The position numbers and the translations under genes were made by a program. From an uncultured Verrucomicrobiota bacterium (GTDB lineage Bacteria > Verrucomicrobiota > Verrucomicrobiia > Limisphaerales > JAEYXS01): 64,000 nt of DNA. The stretch lies in assembly GCA_964589735.1 (NCBI GenBank), contig CAZPUL010000025.1:529-64528 (forward strand), written 5' to 3'. This document shows positions 62,705 through 64,000 of the stretch, piece by piece (within the stretch, counting starts at the first letter, position 1; each line of letters starts with the position of its first letter). The notes under the pieces are model-generated. The model was not told the origin of the DNA. It searched no databases and was given only the letters and a program-made list of their open reading frames with translations.

Positions 62705-62951
62705 TTCACTGTCCGTTTTTTACACTAAACAGCACCCACAGCCTTTCTTGTTACCGCCGTCGCCACCGTACCACCCTAAGCAGCCATAGCCATACGGGTA
62801 GCATCAATAGTGCCATTCGTCCTTTTTGAGAGAAAACTCCGCGGGATGACAATTAACGATTGGAAACACCAATTTCCGGATAGGAGAAACGTCTGCGGCT
62901 TAAAAATCAGCCATTTTACTGCGTCAGCACCATTCCAGCCGCTGAGAATTC

Positions 62952-64000
62952 TCACAAGCTCCGGTACAGCTCCGCCACCTTGTCCAGATCCACCCCTTTG
63001 GGTTCATTGTCCAACAGCCACCGCAAGTCCGCGCGACTGCCTTGTGTATCCCCTGTCTGCAGACGCATCCCCGCCCGCCGCAACCGCAGCCCGGCCTCAT
63101 CCGGCGCCAGGGCCACCATCGTATCTAGGTACCGCAGCGACTCTGCTGCCGTGTCTTTGTCCAGGCTGTTATTCAGTAGATTCGTCAGCATCCGCATCAC
63201 GATCTGCTGTTTGGTCATCGGCTCAAACGCCTCCTCCTGCGACCGCCCGCGTTCATTAAATCTTACTATCAATTCCGCCTCGAGCTGGCTCATCGGCTTC
63301 CCGCCTTCGAACACATCGATGAACTGTTGCTCGCCTTTCGCCGGCCGGTGTTGCACCACGAAATGGCTAGGCAATCCGATCCCCACCATGTCTTCCACTC
63401 CGATACGTTTCGCCAGCTCCAGATACAGCACCGACAGCGTGATGGGGATCCCCTCGCGATCATCGATCACATTGCTCAAGTAACTGTTCGCCTTGTTCTC
63501 GTAATCACTCCGGCTCCCGCGAAAACCATTCTCCGCGAACAGATAATCATTCAACAACTTCAGCCGTTCCTTCGCCGTCGCTTTCGCTGGCAACCGCTCC
63601 CGCATCTCCCGCGCCATCCGTTCCAGTTGCTTGCGATACGGTGCCACTTCGAGTTCCTCATTATCCAGCTTCGCGATCAGCATCGCCGCCTCGAAAAGAT
63701 CCGCCTTCGCATCCCCCTCCGCGAACAGCTTCACGAGCTGCTGCTGCACATTCCGTTCATGCACCGCCGCCGCCAGCCGCTTCAACTGCTCCGCCTCCTT
63801 CTTCACCGCCTCCGCGCGCTGCGCCAGGATCTTCCGCGCCTCCTCGCCATGCTCTTGCAGCGCCTCCACCAATTTGCTGTCCAACACCGGCGCCGGCTTC
63901 ATCGCTTTCAATTCCTCATCGATCTTCGCCATGGTCGCTGCGGACACCTGCCCCGAGGGCAACTCCTTCGCCACCTGGAATTGTTTGAACTCGCCCAACG
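62952..64000 (-). CDS. SirB1-like transglutaminase-like/TPR protein (possibly truncated at window edge)
   Basis: PITLSVLYLELAKRIGVEDMVGIGLPSHFVV resembles the UPF0162/SirB1 N-terminal domain, and the C-terminal region is TPR-like. A Met lies at 63998, but the frame reaches the window end. Confidence 0.6.
   Translation of the reverse strand, partial: LGEFKQFQVAKELPSGQVSAATMAKIDEELKAMKPAPVLDSKLVEALQEHGEEARKILAQRAEAVKKEAEQLKRLAAAVHERNVQQQLVKLFAEGDAKADLFEAAMLIAKLDNEELEVAPYRKQLERMAREMRERLPAKATAKERLKLLNDYLFAENGFRGSRSDYENKANSYLSNVIDDREGIPITLSVLYLELAKRIGVEDMVGIGLPSHFVVQHRPAKGEQQFIDVFEGGKPMSQLEAELIVRFNERGRSQEEAFEPMTKQQIVMRMLTNLLNNSLDKDTAAESLRYLDTMVALAPDEAGLRLRRAGMRLQTGDTQGSRADLRWLLDNEPKGVDLDKVAELYRSL

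Overview
Chromosomal segment with moderately high GC. The gene content looks like the PVC superphylum, probably Verrucomicrobiota-like: several Cys-type sulfatases, prepilin-type pseudopilins, PQQ/NHL beta-propellers and 'GERAGVRG' hairpin repeats. This taxonomic placement is inference only. Most of the window is housekeeping or ordinary accessory genes, including pnp-rpsO, an AsmA-like protein, bioB, parB, def, gpsA-plsY, lpxB, thrH, phoD, lhgO and tRNA-Lys(CTT). Four parts stand out. (1) The left edge (about 241-1892) reads as an integron-type gene-cassette array. Small co-oriented ORFs are each followed by an imperfect palindrome of 99-126 bp that starts RYYYAAC and ends GTTRRRY. Two of these sites are about 95% identical, and no integrase lies in the window. 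A 177-bp MITE-like element with 31-bp terminal inverted repeats sits at the distal end of the array. (2) 17.8-29.0 kb is a glycan or nucleotide-sugar cluster with an unusual enzyme set: an HddA-like GHMP kinase, an HddC-like nucleotidyltransferase, a Nudix protein, an SDR, a ColD/E1-type 3-dehydratase-like PLP enzyme (Lys to His), a minimal split TPP E1 alpha/beta pair, a B12-radical SAM enzyme, a methyltransferase and three glycosyltransferases. (3) A 669-aa orphan protein has a NUDT9-like Nudix domain with a degenerate catalytic box, fused to about 400 aa I cannot assign. (4) There is a PhnD-like SBP fused to a PQQ propeller plus an NHL protein, a tandem sialidase-like pair coupled to phoD, and a pseudopilin operon. 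I saw no CRISPR array, rRNA, prophage or transposase. All functional calls rest on motif recognition by eye. No database search was run.
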